From: an uncultured Bacillota bacterium
Lineage (GTDB): Bacteria > Bacillota_I > Bacilli_A > RFN20 > CAG-288
DNA: 64,000 bases
Direction of reading: 5' to 3'
NCBI GenBank assembly: GCA_949290645.1
Contig: CASESG010000005.1
Span: 19,767 to 83,766, forward strand
The position numbers and the translations under genes were made by a program. The notes beneath the pieces are model-generated. The model was not told the origin of the DNA, made no database searches, and saw only the letters and a program-made list of their open reading frames with translations. This document shows, one piece after another, positions 28,062-38,299 of this stretch (positions are counted from its first letter, which is position 1; every line of letters begins with the position of its first letter).

Positions 28062-30157
28062 TGGACAGAGAAAACGAAAAGCTCGACTTCACGACCTCGA
28101 CAAAGGACAGCGAAAAGAACGAATTCTCCTTCATGGTCCCGGCCGGGACGGAAGCGTCCTTTTCCGATGGCTACCAGGCGGAGAAGGACGACTTCTCCTT
28201 CGTCCAGCAGGACAAGAGCATCCACGACATCAAGTTCAACACCAAGCCGACGACCTTCTTCCGCGATGCGATGCGGCGCTTTGCCAAGAACCGCTCCTCG
28301 GTCGCGGGCGGCATCATCCTGGGCATCCTCTTCCTCCTGGCCATCATCCTTCCAATCGACGGGGTCGTCAACTTCGACATCGTCGACACCCACACGGAAG
28401 AGGTCAACCTCCCTCCCAAGCTCTTCGAGGCCGGAACCGGATTCTGGGACGGAACCTTCGTCTCCGAGGACCAGCCCTCTCCTTATGACGAGGAAGGAAA
28501 CATCCGCTCCGACTATCCCAACGCCAGCTCCATCATCTCGGTCGGGGAGATCACGACGGCCTATCAGGACAACTACGTCTCCGACGGCAAGGGAGGATAC
28601 GTCACCGCGATCCGCGATGCCTCCCTGGGCACGGGACGTCTCTATTCCTATGCCTACGAATACGACTTCAGCGGAGGCAACGTCTACACCTTCTCCTTCA
28701 CGCTCGGAACCTCCGACGAATCCACCTACGCCACGCCTTCCTACTACCCCATCTTCGTCAGCAACAACCAGGTCTTTCCCTTGGCTGAGGCGACAAGCGA
28801 TTACGGACCGGTCGCGAAGGAACCGGGCGAAGGCGCATCGATCGCCCTCCATTCGACACAGACCTACAACCTGAACGAACTGGTCGCGCAAAACGAGGAG
28901 CTCTCGAAGCTCGTCACTTCCAGCAACACCCTCACGGGAAGCCTGGGACTGGGATTCTCGGGAACCTCCGGCATGGTCGCCCTATACCTCCACGACTTCA
29001 CCATCTCCTCCTCCTCGACCAACATCCTGGAGACGGCCCAATTGCAGATGCGCTCCTTCGACGACGCCAACGCCGTCATCAACGAGCCGGTCACGGTCAA
29101 CAACGTCGACAACGTCGCCTATTGGGCCATCATCTCCGACACCTCCTATCCTTCCGACGTCGAGGTCCAGCGCTGCGACATCCGCTTCGACGCCTATCAG
29201 ATCGCCTACGGAAGCAAGTCCAACGTCACCGTTCCCCAACAGACGATCGATTCCTGGGTCGAGCAGGGCCTGGTCGAGATCGACTATGCCCAGGGAAACG
29301 CCAGCGGCAATCCCTCCTATCGCAAGACGGAGGCGGGCGAAAGCTCGACCTTGGTCTATGTCGACTCCATCGACTCCCAGACGCCGACCAGCTCCACGGG
29401 CTACAACCTGGTCTGCACGGTGACCGTCTGGAAGCAGCTCAACTACCTCTACGGAACCGATTACGATTCGATCCCGTCCCACCTCCTGGGCACCGACAGC
29501 CGCGGAAGGGACATGCTCAAGTATGTCTTCGCCGGTTTGAGGACCTCCCTGATCCTGGGCGTCATCGTCTCGGCCATCAACATCTTCATCGGCATCGTCT
29601 GGGGTTCGATCTCCGGCTACTTCGGCGGCAAGGTCGACCTCATCATGGAACGCATCGTCGACATCCTGGCGGGCATCCCCTGGATCGTCCTGATGACGGT
29701 CCTCTGCATCAAGATGGGACAGACGACCTTCGTCTTCGGGCTCGCCCTCTGCTTGACCGGCTGGATCGGAACGGAAGCCATCACCCGTTCGCAGTTCTAC
29801 CGTTACCGCGGACGGGAATACGTCATGGCCTCACGGACATTGGGAGCGCGTTCTCCCCGTCTGATCTTCCGGCACATCCTGCCCAACGCCATCGGAACGA
29901 TCGTCACTTCCTCGGTCCTGATGATCCCTTCGGTCATCTTCAACGAGGCGACGATTTCCTTCCTCGGTCTTGGTCTCCAGGGAACCGCCTCTTTGGGCGT
30001 CATCCTCTCCGACAACCAGGAAGCCATCCAGAACGCGACTTTGGCCTATCAGCTGATCATCCCGGCCGTCATCATCTCCCTGTTGATGATCTGCTTCAAC
30101 CTCTTCGGCAACGGTTTGCGGGACGCTTTCAACCCGTCCCTGAAAGGACAGGACTGA
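28058..30157 (+). CDS. oppC: Oligopeptide ABC transporter permease with an about 450-aa extracytoplasmic insertion
   Basis: C-terminal about 230 aa carry the OppC permease signature. The long N-terminal extracytoplasmic region is as in Mollicutes OppC. Confidence 0.85.
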   Translation: MMDRENEKLDFTTSTKDSEKNEFSFMVPAGTEASFSDGYQAEKDDFSFVQQDKSIHDIKFNTKPTTFFRDAMRRFAKNRSSVAGGIILGILFLLAIILPIDGVVNFDIVDTHTEEVNLPPKLFEAGTGFWDGTFVSEDQPSPYDEEGNIRSDYPNASSIISVGEITTAYQDNYVSDGKGGYVTAIRDASLGTGRLYSYAYEYDFSGGNVYTFSFTLGTSDESTYATPSYYPIFVSNNQVFPLAEATSDYGPVAKEPGEGASIALHSTQTYNLNELVAQNEELSKLVTSSNTLTGSLGLGFSGTSGMVALYLHDFTISSSSTNILETAQLQMRSFDDANAVINEPVTVNNVDNVAYWAIISDTSYPSDVEVQRCDIRFDAYQIAYGSKSNVTVPQQTIDSWVEQGLVEIDYAQGNASGNPSYRKTEAGESSTLVYVDSIDSQTPTSSTGYNLVCTVTVWKQLNYLYGTDYDSIPSHLLGTDSRGRDMLKYVFAGLRTSLILGVIVSAINIFIGIVWGSISGYFGGKVDLIMERIVDILAGIPWIVLMTVLCIKMGQTTFVFGLALCLTGWIGTEAITRSQFYRYRGREYVMASRTLGARSPRLIFRHILPNAIGTIVTSSVLMIPSVIFNEATISFLGLGLQGTASLGVILSDNQEAIQNATLAYQLIIPAVIISLLMICFNLFGNGLRDAFNPSLKGQD

Positions 30158-30160
30158 CCC

Positions 30161-31891
30161 ATGGATAACGAAAAGCAAGAAAAAGTCCTTTCCGTCAAGG
30201 ACCTTCGCGTCTCCTTCAAGACCGACGATGGCCTCGTCCACGCCGTCCGCGGCGTGAACTTCGACCTCTATCGGGGAGAGACGCTCTGCATCGTCGGCGA
30301 GTCCGGTTCCGGAAAGTCCGTCACTTCCAAGACCATCATGGGCATCCTTCCCGCTTCCGCCATCATCGAAAGCGGAGAGGTCCTCTATGAGGGCGAGGAT
30401 CTGACCAAGATCGCCGAGAGCGAATTCCACCGCATCCGCGGACACAAGATCGGCATGATTTTCCAGGATCCCCTCTCCTCCCTCAACCCCATCAAGAAGG
30501 TCGGAAAGCAGATCACGGAAGCGATGCTGGTCGAGAAAAACCGCGTCAAGGTCTATCGGGACAAGCTCCTCTCCAAGGAGATGGCGGCCTACAAGAACCG
30601 CAAAGTCCGGAGAGACAACGAGATCCTCAGCGCCAGAAACAGCATCCTCTCCTCGGATTCCTCTTTCGAGGACGAGATTCAGAATCGCATCAACGCCCTC
30701 AACGAACAGAAGGAAAAGGTCCTTTCGATGAGCCGCAAGGACGAAGGCTACCAAAAGGAGGTCGAGACCTACAACCGGCTCAAGGAAGAGACGAGAAAGG
30801 AGATCGCGAAGCTCAAGGCCCAGAAGAAGGAAGAGCACAAGCGCCTTCTGAAGGAAAAGAAGGAACGGATCTTCAAGGCCAAGGAGAGCTACAGGAAGGA
30901 CATCCCGGCGCTGAAGGAGAGCCTGGCCAAGAAGAAGAAGGAAGCCAATATCCAGGCCAAGAATTACAAGAAGGAAAAGACCGAACTCTACCATCAGGAG
31001 CTCCAGAAGCTCCAGAAGGAACGCAAGGCCTTCATCCTGGAACACAGGAAGGAGCGCAAGAGGGACGAGGAGACGATCAAGAACGCCCCCAGCCGCACCT
31101 TGGCCCAACAGGCCCAGAACGAGAAGGAAAAGGCCTATCGCGAGAAGCTCTCCACCTTTGACGAAAGAAAGGAGAAGATCGCCGACGACTACGCCTATGC
31201 CGTCCGTCTCACCTCCAAGGTTGCCAAGAAGAGAGCCCTCTCGGTCATGCGCGAGGTCGGCATTCCCCAACCGGAAGTCCGCTTCAAGCAATATCCCTTC
31301 GAGTTCTCCGGCGGCATGCGACAGAGAATCGTCATCGCCATCGCCCTGACGGCCGATCCGGAGATCCTCATCTGCGACGAGCCGACGACCGCCCTCGACG
31401 TCACCATCCAGGCCCAGATCCTCGAGCTCATCAACCGCCTGAAGAAGGCGAGGAACATGTCCATCATCTTCATCACCCACGATTTGGGCGTCGTCGCCAA
31501 CATGGCCGACCGTGTCGCCGTCATGTATGCCGGAAAGATCGTCGAGGTCGGAACGGTCAACGAGATCTTCTACGATCCCCGCCATCCCTACACCTGGGCC
31601 CTTCTCTCCTCCATCCCCGATCTCGATTCCAAGGAAAGCCTCGAGGCCATCCCCGGAACGCCGCCATACCTCCTCAATCCTCCCAAGGGCGATGCCTTCG
31701 CGACGAGAAACAAGTACGCCCTGGCCATCGACTTCAAGGAGGAGCCGCCCTTCTTCCGGATCACCGACACCCACTACGCGGCCACCTGGCTTTTGGACAA
31801 GAGAGCTCCAAAGGCCGTTCCTCCCACCATCGTCCGCAAGCGTATCCACGCCTCTCTAGAAAGGGCCGGTATCCACCATGAGCAAGACTGA
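30161..31891 (+). CDS. oppD: Oligopeptide ABC transporter ATPase with an about 250-aa K/E-rich coiled-coil insertion between the Q-loop and the signature motif
   Basis: Walker A GESGSGKS, signature FSGGMRQRI, Walker B ILICDEPTTALD, C-terminal oligopeptide-ATPase domain. Confidence 0.9.
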   Translation: MDNEKQEKVLSVKDLRVSFKTDDGLVHAVRGVNFDLYRGETLCIVGESGSGKSVTSKTIMGILPASAIIESGEVLYEGEDLTKIAESEFHRIRGHKIGMIFQDPLSSLNPIKKVGKQITEAMLVEKNRVKVYRDKLLSKEMAAYKNRKVRRDNEILSARNSILSSDSSFEDEIQNRINALNEQKEKVLSMSRKDEGYQKEVETYNRLKEETRKEIAKLKAQKKEEHKRLLKEKKERIFKAKESYRKDIPALKESLAKKKKEANIQAKNYKKEKTELYHQELQKLQKERKAFILEHRKERKRDEETIKNAPSRTLAQQAQNEKEKAYREKLSTFDERKEKIADDYAYAVRLTSKVAKKRALSVMREVGIPQPEVRFKQYPFEFSGGMRQRIVIAIALTADPEILICDEPTTALDVTIQAQILELINRLKKARNMSIIFITHDLGVVANMADRVAVMYAGKIVEVGTVNEIFYDPRHPYTWALLSSIPDLDSKESLEAIPGTPPYLLNPPKGDAFATRNKYALAIDFKEEPPFFRITDTHYAATWLLDKRAPKAVPPTIVRKRIHASLERAGIHHEQD

Positions 31892-33209
31892 GCGCACCAA
31901 GAAGAATCCCTTGATGGATTTCCTCACCCACAAGCTCTCCAGGGAGGTCGACGCCAACAAAGTCTCCTTCAAGCCGGACCTCGCCCTGAGCGACACCATC
32001 CTCTCCGTCCGTCACCTGAAGATGTTCTTCCCCATGGGCGAAGGAAAGAAGCTCAAGGCCGTCCACGACATCTCCTTCGACATCAAGAAGGGCGAATGCT
32101 TCGGCCTGGTCGGCGAATCCGGCTGCGGAAAGACCACGACCGGAAGAAGCATCATCCGCCTCTATCACATCACCTCCGGCTCCGTCTACTTCAAGGGTTT
32201 CCGCGTCAATGCCGGAAGCCGCTGGAACGAGAAGGAGATCAAGTGGTCCCGCATCAAGGGGAAAGCCAAGATCCGGGAGCTCGAACAGGAGATGAAGAAC
32301 GAAATCTCCGAGATGGACACGACCGATACGCTCGAGGCCCAGCAGGAGATCAACAAGGTCAAGGAGAGCTACGCCGAAAAGATCCGGGACATCGAGCGGC
32401 ACATCGAAGAGACCCGTGTCGAACAGAAGGAGAAGATCCGTCGCATCCACTACGACAACAACCACGTCGACCGTCACCTGATGACCAAGATGCAGATGAT
32501 CTTCCAGGATCCGATTGACTCCCTCGATCCCCGTATGACGGTCGAGGACATCATCCAGGAAGGATTGAAGATCCAAGGCTATCGCAACAAGAAGGAAAAC
32601 CACAAGAAGGCCTGCGAGGTCCTGGAGGAGGTCGGACTCATCTCCGACTACTGCTCCCGCTATCCCAACGAGTTCTCCGGAGGACAGAGACAGAGAATCG
32701 GCATCGCCCGTGCCCTGATCATGAATCCGGAATTCCTCATCTGCGACGAGCCGATCTCCGCCCTGGACGTCTCCATCCGCGCCCAGATCATCAACCTCCT
32801 CAACAAGCTGAAGAAGGAGAGGGGACTGACGATCCTGTTCATCGCCCACGACCTCTCCGTCGTCAAGTACTTCTGCGACCGCATCGCCGTCATGTATTTC
32901 GGCGAGATGGTCGAGATGGCCAGCTCGGACGAGCTCTTCGCCCATCCGCTCCACCCCTACACCCGCTCTTTGCTCTCGGCCATCCCCAAGCCCGATCCCA
33001 TCAGCGAGAAGAAGAGACAGAGAATCGTCTACCATCCCGAGCAGGAGCACGACTACTCGAAGGAGAAACCCACCTTCCAGGAAATCGTCCCCGGACACTA
33101 TGTCCTGGCCAACTCCGTCGAGATGGACAAGTATCGCAAGCTGATGGAAGAAGAGGACGCCAAGAACGCAAAGAAGGAAGAGGAAGACAAAAGACTCGGT
33201 CTGGATTGA
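31878..33209 (+). CDS. oppF: Oligopeptide ABC transporter ATPase with an about 90-aa insertion
   Basis: Walker A GESGCGKTT, signature FSGGQRQRI, Walker B LICDEPISALD. Confidence 0.9.
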   Translation: MSKTERTKKNPLMDFLTHKLSREVDANKVSFKPDLALSDTILSVRHLKMFFPMGEGKKLKAVHDISFDIKKGECFGLVGESGCGKTTTGRSIIRLYHITSGSVYFKGFRVNAGSRWNEKEIKWSRIKGKAKIRELEQEMKNEISEMDTTDTLEAQQEINKVKESYAEKIRDIERHIEETRVEQKEKIRRIHYDNNHVDRHLMTKMQMIFQDPIDSLDPRMTVEDIIQEGLKIQGYRNKKENHKKACEVLEEVGLISDYCSRYPNEFSGGQRQRIGIARALIMNPEFLICDEPISALDVSIRAQIINLLNKLKKERGLTILFIAHDLSVVKYFCDRIAVMYFGEMVEMASSDELFAHPLHPYTRSLLSAIPKPDPISEKKRQRIVYHPEQEHDYSKEKPTFQEIVPGHYVLANSVEMDKYRKLMEEEDAKNAKKEEEDKRLGLD

Positions 33210-33234
33210 GGCTTCCTGAAAGCGATTTCACAGA

Positions 33235-33262
33235 AGAGGCGGGAAAACCCGCCTCTTTTTTC
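33235..33262 (+). terminator. Rho-independent terminator AGAGGCGGG-AAAA-CCCGCCTCT + TTTTTT
   Basis: Perfect 9-bp GC-rich stem followed by a T-run, 25 bp after the oppF stop. Confidence 0.8.
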
Positions 33263-33427
33263 ACGACTTGTTTCGTTCTTGATTCTTTCGATAATTCTCG
33301 ACATTTTTGCAAGTGTTATTTCTTCTTTACGATTCCATTGTCGAAAATGTCTCTTTTTGGTCAATGGCATTTTTTTGTCGCGCTTGCCATAATGTCTTGG
33401 ATTTTTCAAAGGAGGTCTCTCAAGAAT

Positions 33428-35440
33428 ATGAAAAAGAGATTATTGCTTGGCATCGCCTCGTTAGCCGTCCTGGCAACCGGCCTTGCTTCTTGTCAGAATC
33501 CGACCAGCTCGACGGGCTCTGCCAGCTCCACCACGGGGTCCTCTGTCCAGGACACCACGGGGTCCTCTGTCCAGGACACCACGACTTCGCCCGTCACCGA
33601 TAGCGGCATCTCCGTCAGCGTCAACCGTACGTCCGTCACGGTCGAGGAAGGCGTGACGACCAACATCATCGCCACCGTCGTCTCTCCCAACGGCGGAGAC
33701 CTGACCGCCACCTTCACTTCCGCCGACGAGACCATCGCCACGGTCAAGCGCCTCTCCAACGGCGTCGGCGCCGCCATCACGGGCGTCAAGGTCGGAACGA
33801 CGACCATCACCGTCGCTTCCACCCAGGATCCGACCAAGACAGCGACGGTCGCCGTCACGGTCACTTCCGGCGTCGCAACCCTTCAGGACGCCTGGACGGC
33901 CCTCTCCGCCTTGGACAACTACACGATCGAAGTCTCCCAGACCGGAGAGCTCACGACCGGTGAGGTCGCAACCATCCTCGATCACAAGATCTATCGTACG
34001 GAGAATGCCATCTCCTATGTCATCCCTGCCGAAAACACGACGACGGGCAAGGATGAACCTTCCTGGCTTGCGGGACAGGATTCGAAGACAATCAGCCGCT
34101 ATGGCTATGCTGTCGTCGGAGAAGGCGCGGATGCCACGGTCATCAACCTGGATGTCGACATGGATCCGAACACTTTCGCCAAGGAATGGGTCGTTCCTGC
34201 CGAGAAGGCCCTTGGCTCGAACGGTTTCTTGACTCCCGAGAACTTCGATGGAACCGGTGCGGCCACTCCCAACGATCTTCCTTCGCTTCCGATCTACGGA
34301 CTTGGCGCCATCAGCAAAGCCTGGCTTCCGACCGAGAAGGAAGTCTCCAACGTCTATGAGATCAACGGCGACACCCAAGAGCACAACGCCGACTATGCCT
34401 TCGCCGAGACGGTCCTTTGGCAGATGATGGATTATTCGGGTTATGTCAAGTATATGCAGACCCTCAGCGGCGCTGGCGTCGATCTCTACTTCTACAACAT
34501 CGCGAAGGGCATCGACACCGAGATCACCGTCCGTGGCGAGACCGACATCACCATCAGCCTCACGGACAACACCACGGGAATTGTCACGACCGCGACCATC
34601 ACCAACATCGGAACGACCACCCAGGATTCCATCACCGGAACGATCGACGGAACTGAGACGAACCTGGATTCCTTCGTCGCCGGCCTCACGGACGAAGACA
34701 TCACCATGCCGGCCACTCCCGGAAACCTCGAATACGTCCGGGATGCCCTGCAGGAAAACCGCAACTACATCACCCATGACGAGTGGTCCGCTCCGACGAT
34801 CGAGAATGGCGCCATCGTCCCCAACGAATACACGAACTACGACAGAAAGGCCTACTACACCGACAAATACGTCTTCTTCGACACTCCTGGGGATGCGTAT
34901 TACGATGCCATGGAGATTTATTACGGAGAAGAGATCAGCGAAGAAAAGCGTGCTCCTTTCGGCTATGTCGAAAAGGACGGAGCCGTCTATCGCTTCAATG
35001 TCGTCGGTGGCGAAGTCGTCATCGACGAGACCGAACCGATCTTCTCGGGTTCCATCGTCGATTCTCCGTTCTTCCTCGGCAACGCCGCCATCTTCTCCGA
35101 TCCGGAAGACACGACCCTCTTCAACTTCGCCGCTTACGAGAGCACGATCTGGGTAGGCGATACGCGGACCTATGCGATGGCCCAGGATGCCGCTTCCTAT
35201 CAGGCCCTCTACGAAGCCATCTACCTGGACGAAGCTCCCACCTATGGCGCGGCCTTCATCTCGGGCATCGGCGTCAGCTTCGTGAGCGATCAGTCGACCG
35301 AAGTCAAGGAGATCCGCTTCACCCTCGGCTATTCCGAGGATGCCTACAGCTACATGGTCAGCAACTACTCCATCGACAGCTTCGGCGAAGGCGCCTCCAA
35401 CAGCATGGATGCCGCCATCCAAGCGGCGATTGCGGCCTAA
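33428..35440 (+). CDS. Lipoprotein with Ig-like (Big_2) domain, function unknown
   Basis: MKKRLLLGIASLAVLATGLASC lipobox with GGAGG RBS. The listed longer ORF was trimmed. Contains a perfect 24-bp tandem duplication. Confidence 0.65.
   Translation: MKKRLLLGIASLAVLATGLASCQNPTSSTGSASSTTGSSVQDTTGSSVQDTTTSPVTDSGISVSVNRTSVTVEEGVTTNIIATVVSPNGGDLTATFTSADETIATVKRLSNGVGAAITGVKVGTTTITVASTQDPTKTATVAVTVTSGVATLQDAWTALSALDNYTIEVSQTGELTTGEVATILDHKIYRTENAISYVIPAENTTTGKDEPSWLAGQDSKTISRYGYAVVGEGADATVINLDVDMDPNTFAKEWVVPAEKALGSNGFLTPENFDGTGAATPNDLPSLPIYGLGAISKAWLPTEKEVSNVYEINGDTQEHNADYAFAETVLWQMMDYSGYVKYMQTLSGAGVDLYFYNIAKGIDTEITVRGETDITISLTDNTTGIVTTATITNIGTTTQDSITGTIDGTETNLDSFVAGLTDEDITMPATPGNLEYVRDALQENRNYITHDEWSAPTIENGAIVPNEYTNYDRKAYYTDKYVFFDTPGDAYYDAMEIYYGEEISEEKRAPFGYVEKDGAVYRFNVVGGEVVIDETEPIFSGSIVDSPFFLGNAAIFSDPEDTTLFNFAAYESTIWVGDTRTYAMAQDAASYQALYEAIYLDEAPTYGAAFISGIGVSFVSDQSTEVKEIRFTLGYSEDAYSYMVSNYSIDSFGEGASNSMDAAIQAAIAA
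33531..33578. repeat. Perfect 24-bp tandem duplication CCACGGGGTCCTCTGTCCAGGACA x2 (third copy partial) inside the lipoprotein gene, giving TTGSSVQD x2
   Basis: Direct read. Confidence 0.9.
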
Positions 35441-35454
35441 ACCCGCTTCCCTGT

Positions 35455-35481
35455 CCCTCCCCTTCGGGGGAGGGATTTTTG
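35455..35481 (+). terminator. Rho-independent terminator CCCTCCCC-TTCG-GGGGAGGG + ATTTTTGTTT
   Basis: Perfect 8-bp stem, GNRA-like loop and T-run, 15 bp after the stop. Confidence 0.8.
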
Positions 35482-35645
35482 TTTGGGAAAGGCGAGACAC
35501 AAATGCGACTTTCCGATAATTCACGGTAAGAGCTTTCTTGTCCAAGAATATCTCACAACGTGCGATATTTGGGCTCTCGTCCTTCCTTTTCCTTCTTTTT
35601 GCCTTATACTATTGATGCAGCCATTCAGAAAGGAGGGCTGTCGAA

Positions 35646-36395
35646 ATGGAAATGTACACTCCCGATCCGGTTCAGGTCCAGGAGGTCAAGACCCATCGAA
35701 TTCCAAGGGAATTCTCGATGGGAAAGACCTTCCTCTGGATGGGTTTCGGACTTCTTGTCTCGGCCATCGTCTCCCTCGTCCTTCCCTACATCCTGGAGCT
35801 CTTCACTCCGGAGCAGCAGTATGCGGCCTTCATCACGATCTATGTCGTCTCGATCATCGCCATCATTCCCTGCTCCTTGATCGCGGCGAAGAAGGCCTTC
35901 TCCGACAAGACGGTCGGAATCACGATCGCCTACACGATCTATTCCATCGCGATCGGCATGCTCCTGTCGACCATCTTCATCCAATTCCTGGAGATCTTCG
36001 GAGAGTCGGCCGTCTCGATCGTCGCCATCTCCTTCTTCGTCACGGCCGGATGCTTCTTCCTGATGGGAGGCCTGGGAATGCTGGTCAAGAACATGAACAG
36101 GGCCATCCCCTTCGTCTCCGCCTTGCTTCTGGGTGCCCTGGTCCTCTCCCTTGTCAACTTCTTCATGGGCTTCGGTTTGATCTATTGGATCGTCGACCTT
36201 GTCCTCTTCCTGGCCATCCTGATCTATACGGCGATCGACCTCAACAACGTGAAGAAGATGGCCCAGTCGAATGCCTTGAGCAACTGCAAGAGCCTTTCCA
36301 TCTACTGCGGATTCGTCCTCTATGTCGACTTCATCAACATCTTCCTGCGCATCCTCTACTATGTCGCCATCCTCTTCGCCAGCCGAAAGAACTGA
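35646..36395 (+). CDS. Bax inhibitor-1 / YccA family membrane protein
   Basis: Seven TM helices and the family's C-terminal charged tail. RBS AAAGGAGGG. Confidence 0.7.
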   Translation: MEMYTPDPVQVQEVKTHRIPREFSMGKTFLWMGFGLLVSAIVSLVLPYILELFTPEQQYAAFITIYVVSIIAIIPCSLIAAKKAFSDKTVGITIAYTIYSIAIGMLLSTIFIQFLEIFGESAVSIVAISFFVTAGCFFLMGGLGMLVKNMNRAIPFVSALLLGALVLSLVNFFMGFGLIYWIVDLVLFLAILIYTAIDLNNVKKMAQSNALSNCKSLSIYCGFVLYVDFINIFLRILYYVAILFASRKN

Positions 36396-36401
36396 ACCGG
36401 A

Positions 36402-36428
36402 TGCCCGGCCAAATGGCCGGGCTTTTCT
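36402..36428 (+). terminator. Rho-independent terminator GCCCGGCC-AAAT-GGCCGGGC + TTTTCTGTT
   Basis: Perfect 8-bp stem directly after the stop. Confidence 0.8.
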
Positions 36429-36457
36429 GTTATCCTAAGAAGAAAAGGAGAAGAAGA

Positions 36458-37435
36458 ATGAACATCGGAATCCTGGGTTGCGGAAGAATCGCACGGACGT
36501 TGGCCGAGACGATGAAGGAGATGGAAAAGGAAGGAATCCACCTCTTGGCCTTTGCTTCGAGAAGCCTCAGCAAGGCCGAAAGCTATTGCAAGGATTATCA
36601 CGTCCAGAAAGCCTATGGCTCCTATGAAGAACTTGCCAGGGACAAGGAGATCGACCTCGTCTACATCGCCACGCCCCATTCCGAACACAAAGAAAACGCC
36701 CTTCTCTGCATCCAGAACCACAAGAACGTCCTGGTGGAGAAAGCCTTCACCGCCAACGCCAAGCAAGCCAGGGAGGTGATCGAGAAGGCAAGGGAAGAGA
36801 ATGTCTTCCTGGCCGAGGCCATCTGGACGCGCTACATGCCGATGAGAAAGAAGATCGACGAGATCCTGGAAAAAGGGATCCTCGGAAAGGTCCGCTTCCT
36901 CAGCGCCGACCTCGGCTATCTCATCCACGACAAGGAGAGGCTAGTCGATCCGAAGCTTGCCGGCGGTTCCCTTCTGGATGTCGGGATCTATCCCCTCACC
37001 TTCGCCTTGATGCACAACAAGAGCCCAATCGTCGAGATCAGGGCCAGCGGAAACAAGCACGAAAACGGAGTCGACCTTTCCGACAACATCACCCTGCTCC
37101 ACAAGGACCTTTCCCTCTCCGCCCTGACCTGCACGATGGAATGCAACACCCCAAGGATGGCCCAGATCAGCGGAGAGAAAGGATACATGATCATCGAGAA
37201 CGTCAACAATCCGGAAGAGATCCGTGTCTATGACAAGGAGAGGAACCTGATCCAAAGGATCGAAAGGGAGAATCCGATCTCCGGCTATGAATATGAGCTT
37301 CGAGAATGCCGGGATTGTCTCTCGAAAGGGAAAAGGGAACCGGAATCGATGCCTTGGAAGGAGACGATTCACGTGATGGAGATTTTCGATCAGATCCGAA
37401 AAGAGCTGAATGTCTCCTATCCCTTCGAGAGCTGA
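36458..37435 (+). CDS. Gfo/Idh/MocA family NAD(P)-dependent oxidoreductase
   Basis: N-terminal Rossmann motif MNIGILGCGRIA and EKA motif. Start set after the AAAAGGAG RBS; the long listed ORF upstream is a read-through artefact. Confidence 0.85.
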   Translation: MNIGILGCGRIARTLAETMKEMEKEGIHLLAFASRSLSKAESYCKDYHVQKAYGSYEELARDKEIDLVYIATPHSEHKENALLCIQNHKNVLVEKAFTANAKQAREVIEKAREENVFLAEAIWTRYMPMRKKIDEILEKGILGKVRFLSADLGYLIHDKERLVDPKLAGGSLLDVGIYPLTFALMHNKSPIVEIRASGNKHENGVDLSDNITLLHKDLSLSALTCTMECNTPRMAQISGEKGYMIIENVNNPEEIRVYDKERNLIQRIERENPISGYEYELRECRDCLSKGKREPESMPWKETIHVMEIFDQIRKELNVSYPFES

Positions 37436-38274
37436 TTCTTGATCTTCCGCACCAGATAGGGAAGGGCCTTCTCAAACTCGACTCCGTAATAGAGCTCCGG
37501 CTTTCCCTCCTCAATCGTCTCCTTGATGGAGCGATGGACGAAGTCGTGGGCGACTTCGACCGAGGAAGAAAGGCCAAGGCCCAAGATGCGGGCGGAGAGG
37601 AAAGAGGAAGCGAAGAGATCTCCGGTTCCGTGATACTGTCCCGGATAGGATTTGGTCTGATAGGTGGAGAAGGTTTTTGTCCTGGAATCCAAGATCCGAC
37701 AGCCGACCTTTCCCTTGGAAAGGGAAAGTCCGGAGATCACGACTTCCTTCGGCCCGAAGGAAGAGAGCTTTTCCATCATCCGATCGATCTCAGGGAGAGA
37801 GAAGTCTTCCCGATAGGGAGTGTCGGTGAGAAGACAGGCTTCCGTGAGGTTGGGAAGCGTGACATCCGCAAGGGAGAGAAGCGTTCTCATCTTGTCGATG
37901 TGCTCCTTCGTGAAGCCGGGATAGAGCTTTCCCGAGTCGGCAAAGGCGGGATCGACAAGGAGGATCGTCTTCTCTGTCTTGAGACGGCGGAAGATCTGGG
38001 AGACGATATCGACCTGATCGGTTCCGAGATAGCCGGAGCTGATGGCATCGAAGAAGTGGTTGTAGTCTTCCCAATGGTCGATCGTGGGCAAGAGATATTC
38101 CGTCAGGTCGGCATAGGTCCAGGAGCGGAAGCCGGCGGTGTGATTGGAGAGGACGGCAGTGGGGATGCCGACACATTCGATTCCGCAGGAAGAGACGACT
38201 GGCAAGTATTCCGTCAGGGAGCAGCGACCGAGGCAGCTGTAATCCTGAATCGTCAAAACTCGTTTTTGTTTCAT
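37417..38274 (-). CDS. pdxK: Pyridoxal/pyridoxamine kinase (PdxK/PdxY family)
   Basis: Ribokinase-like fold with the conserved C-terminal GTGDLF motif; 285 aa. Confidence 0.8.
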   Translation of the reverse strand: MKQKRVLTIQDYSCLGRCSLTEYLPVVSSCGIECVGIPTAVLSNHTAGFRSWTYADLTEYLLPTIDHWEDYNHFFDAISSGYLGTDQVDIVSQIFRRLKTEKTILLVDPAFADSGKLYPGFTKEHIDKMRTLLSLADVTLPNLTEACLLTDTPYREDFSLPEIDRMMEKLSSFGPKEVVISGLSLSKGKVGCRILDSRTKTFSTYQTKSYPGQYHGTGDLFASSFLSARILGLGLSSSVEVAHDFVHRSIKETIEEGKPELYYGVEFEKALPYLVRKIKNQLSKG

Positions 38275-38299
38275 GGAATGACCTTAAGAAAGAACCTCT

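Noticed and set aside
35483-36457. Upstream 325 codons of the 650-aa ORF 35483..37435
   Set aside because: Overlaps the BI-1 gene in another frame. The Gfo/Idh/MocA Rossmann N-terminus MNIGILGCG with an RBS marks the true start at 36458.
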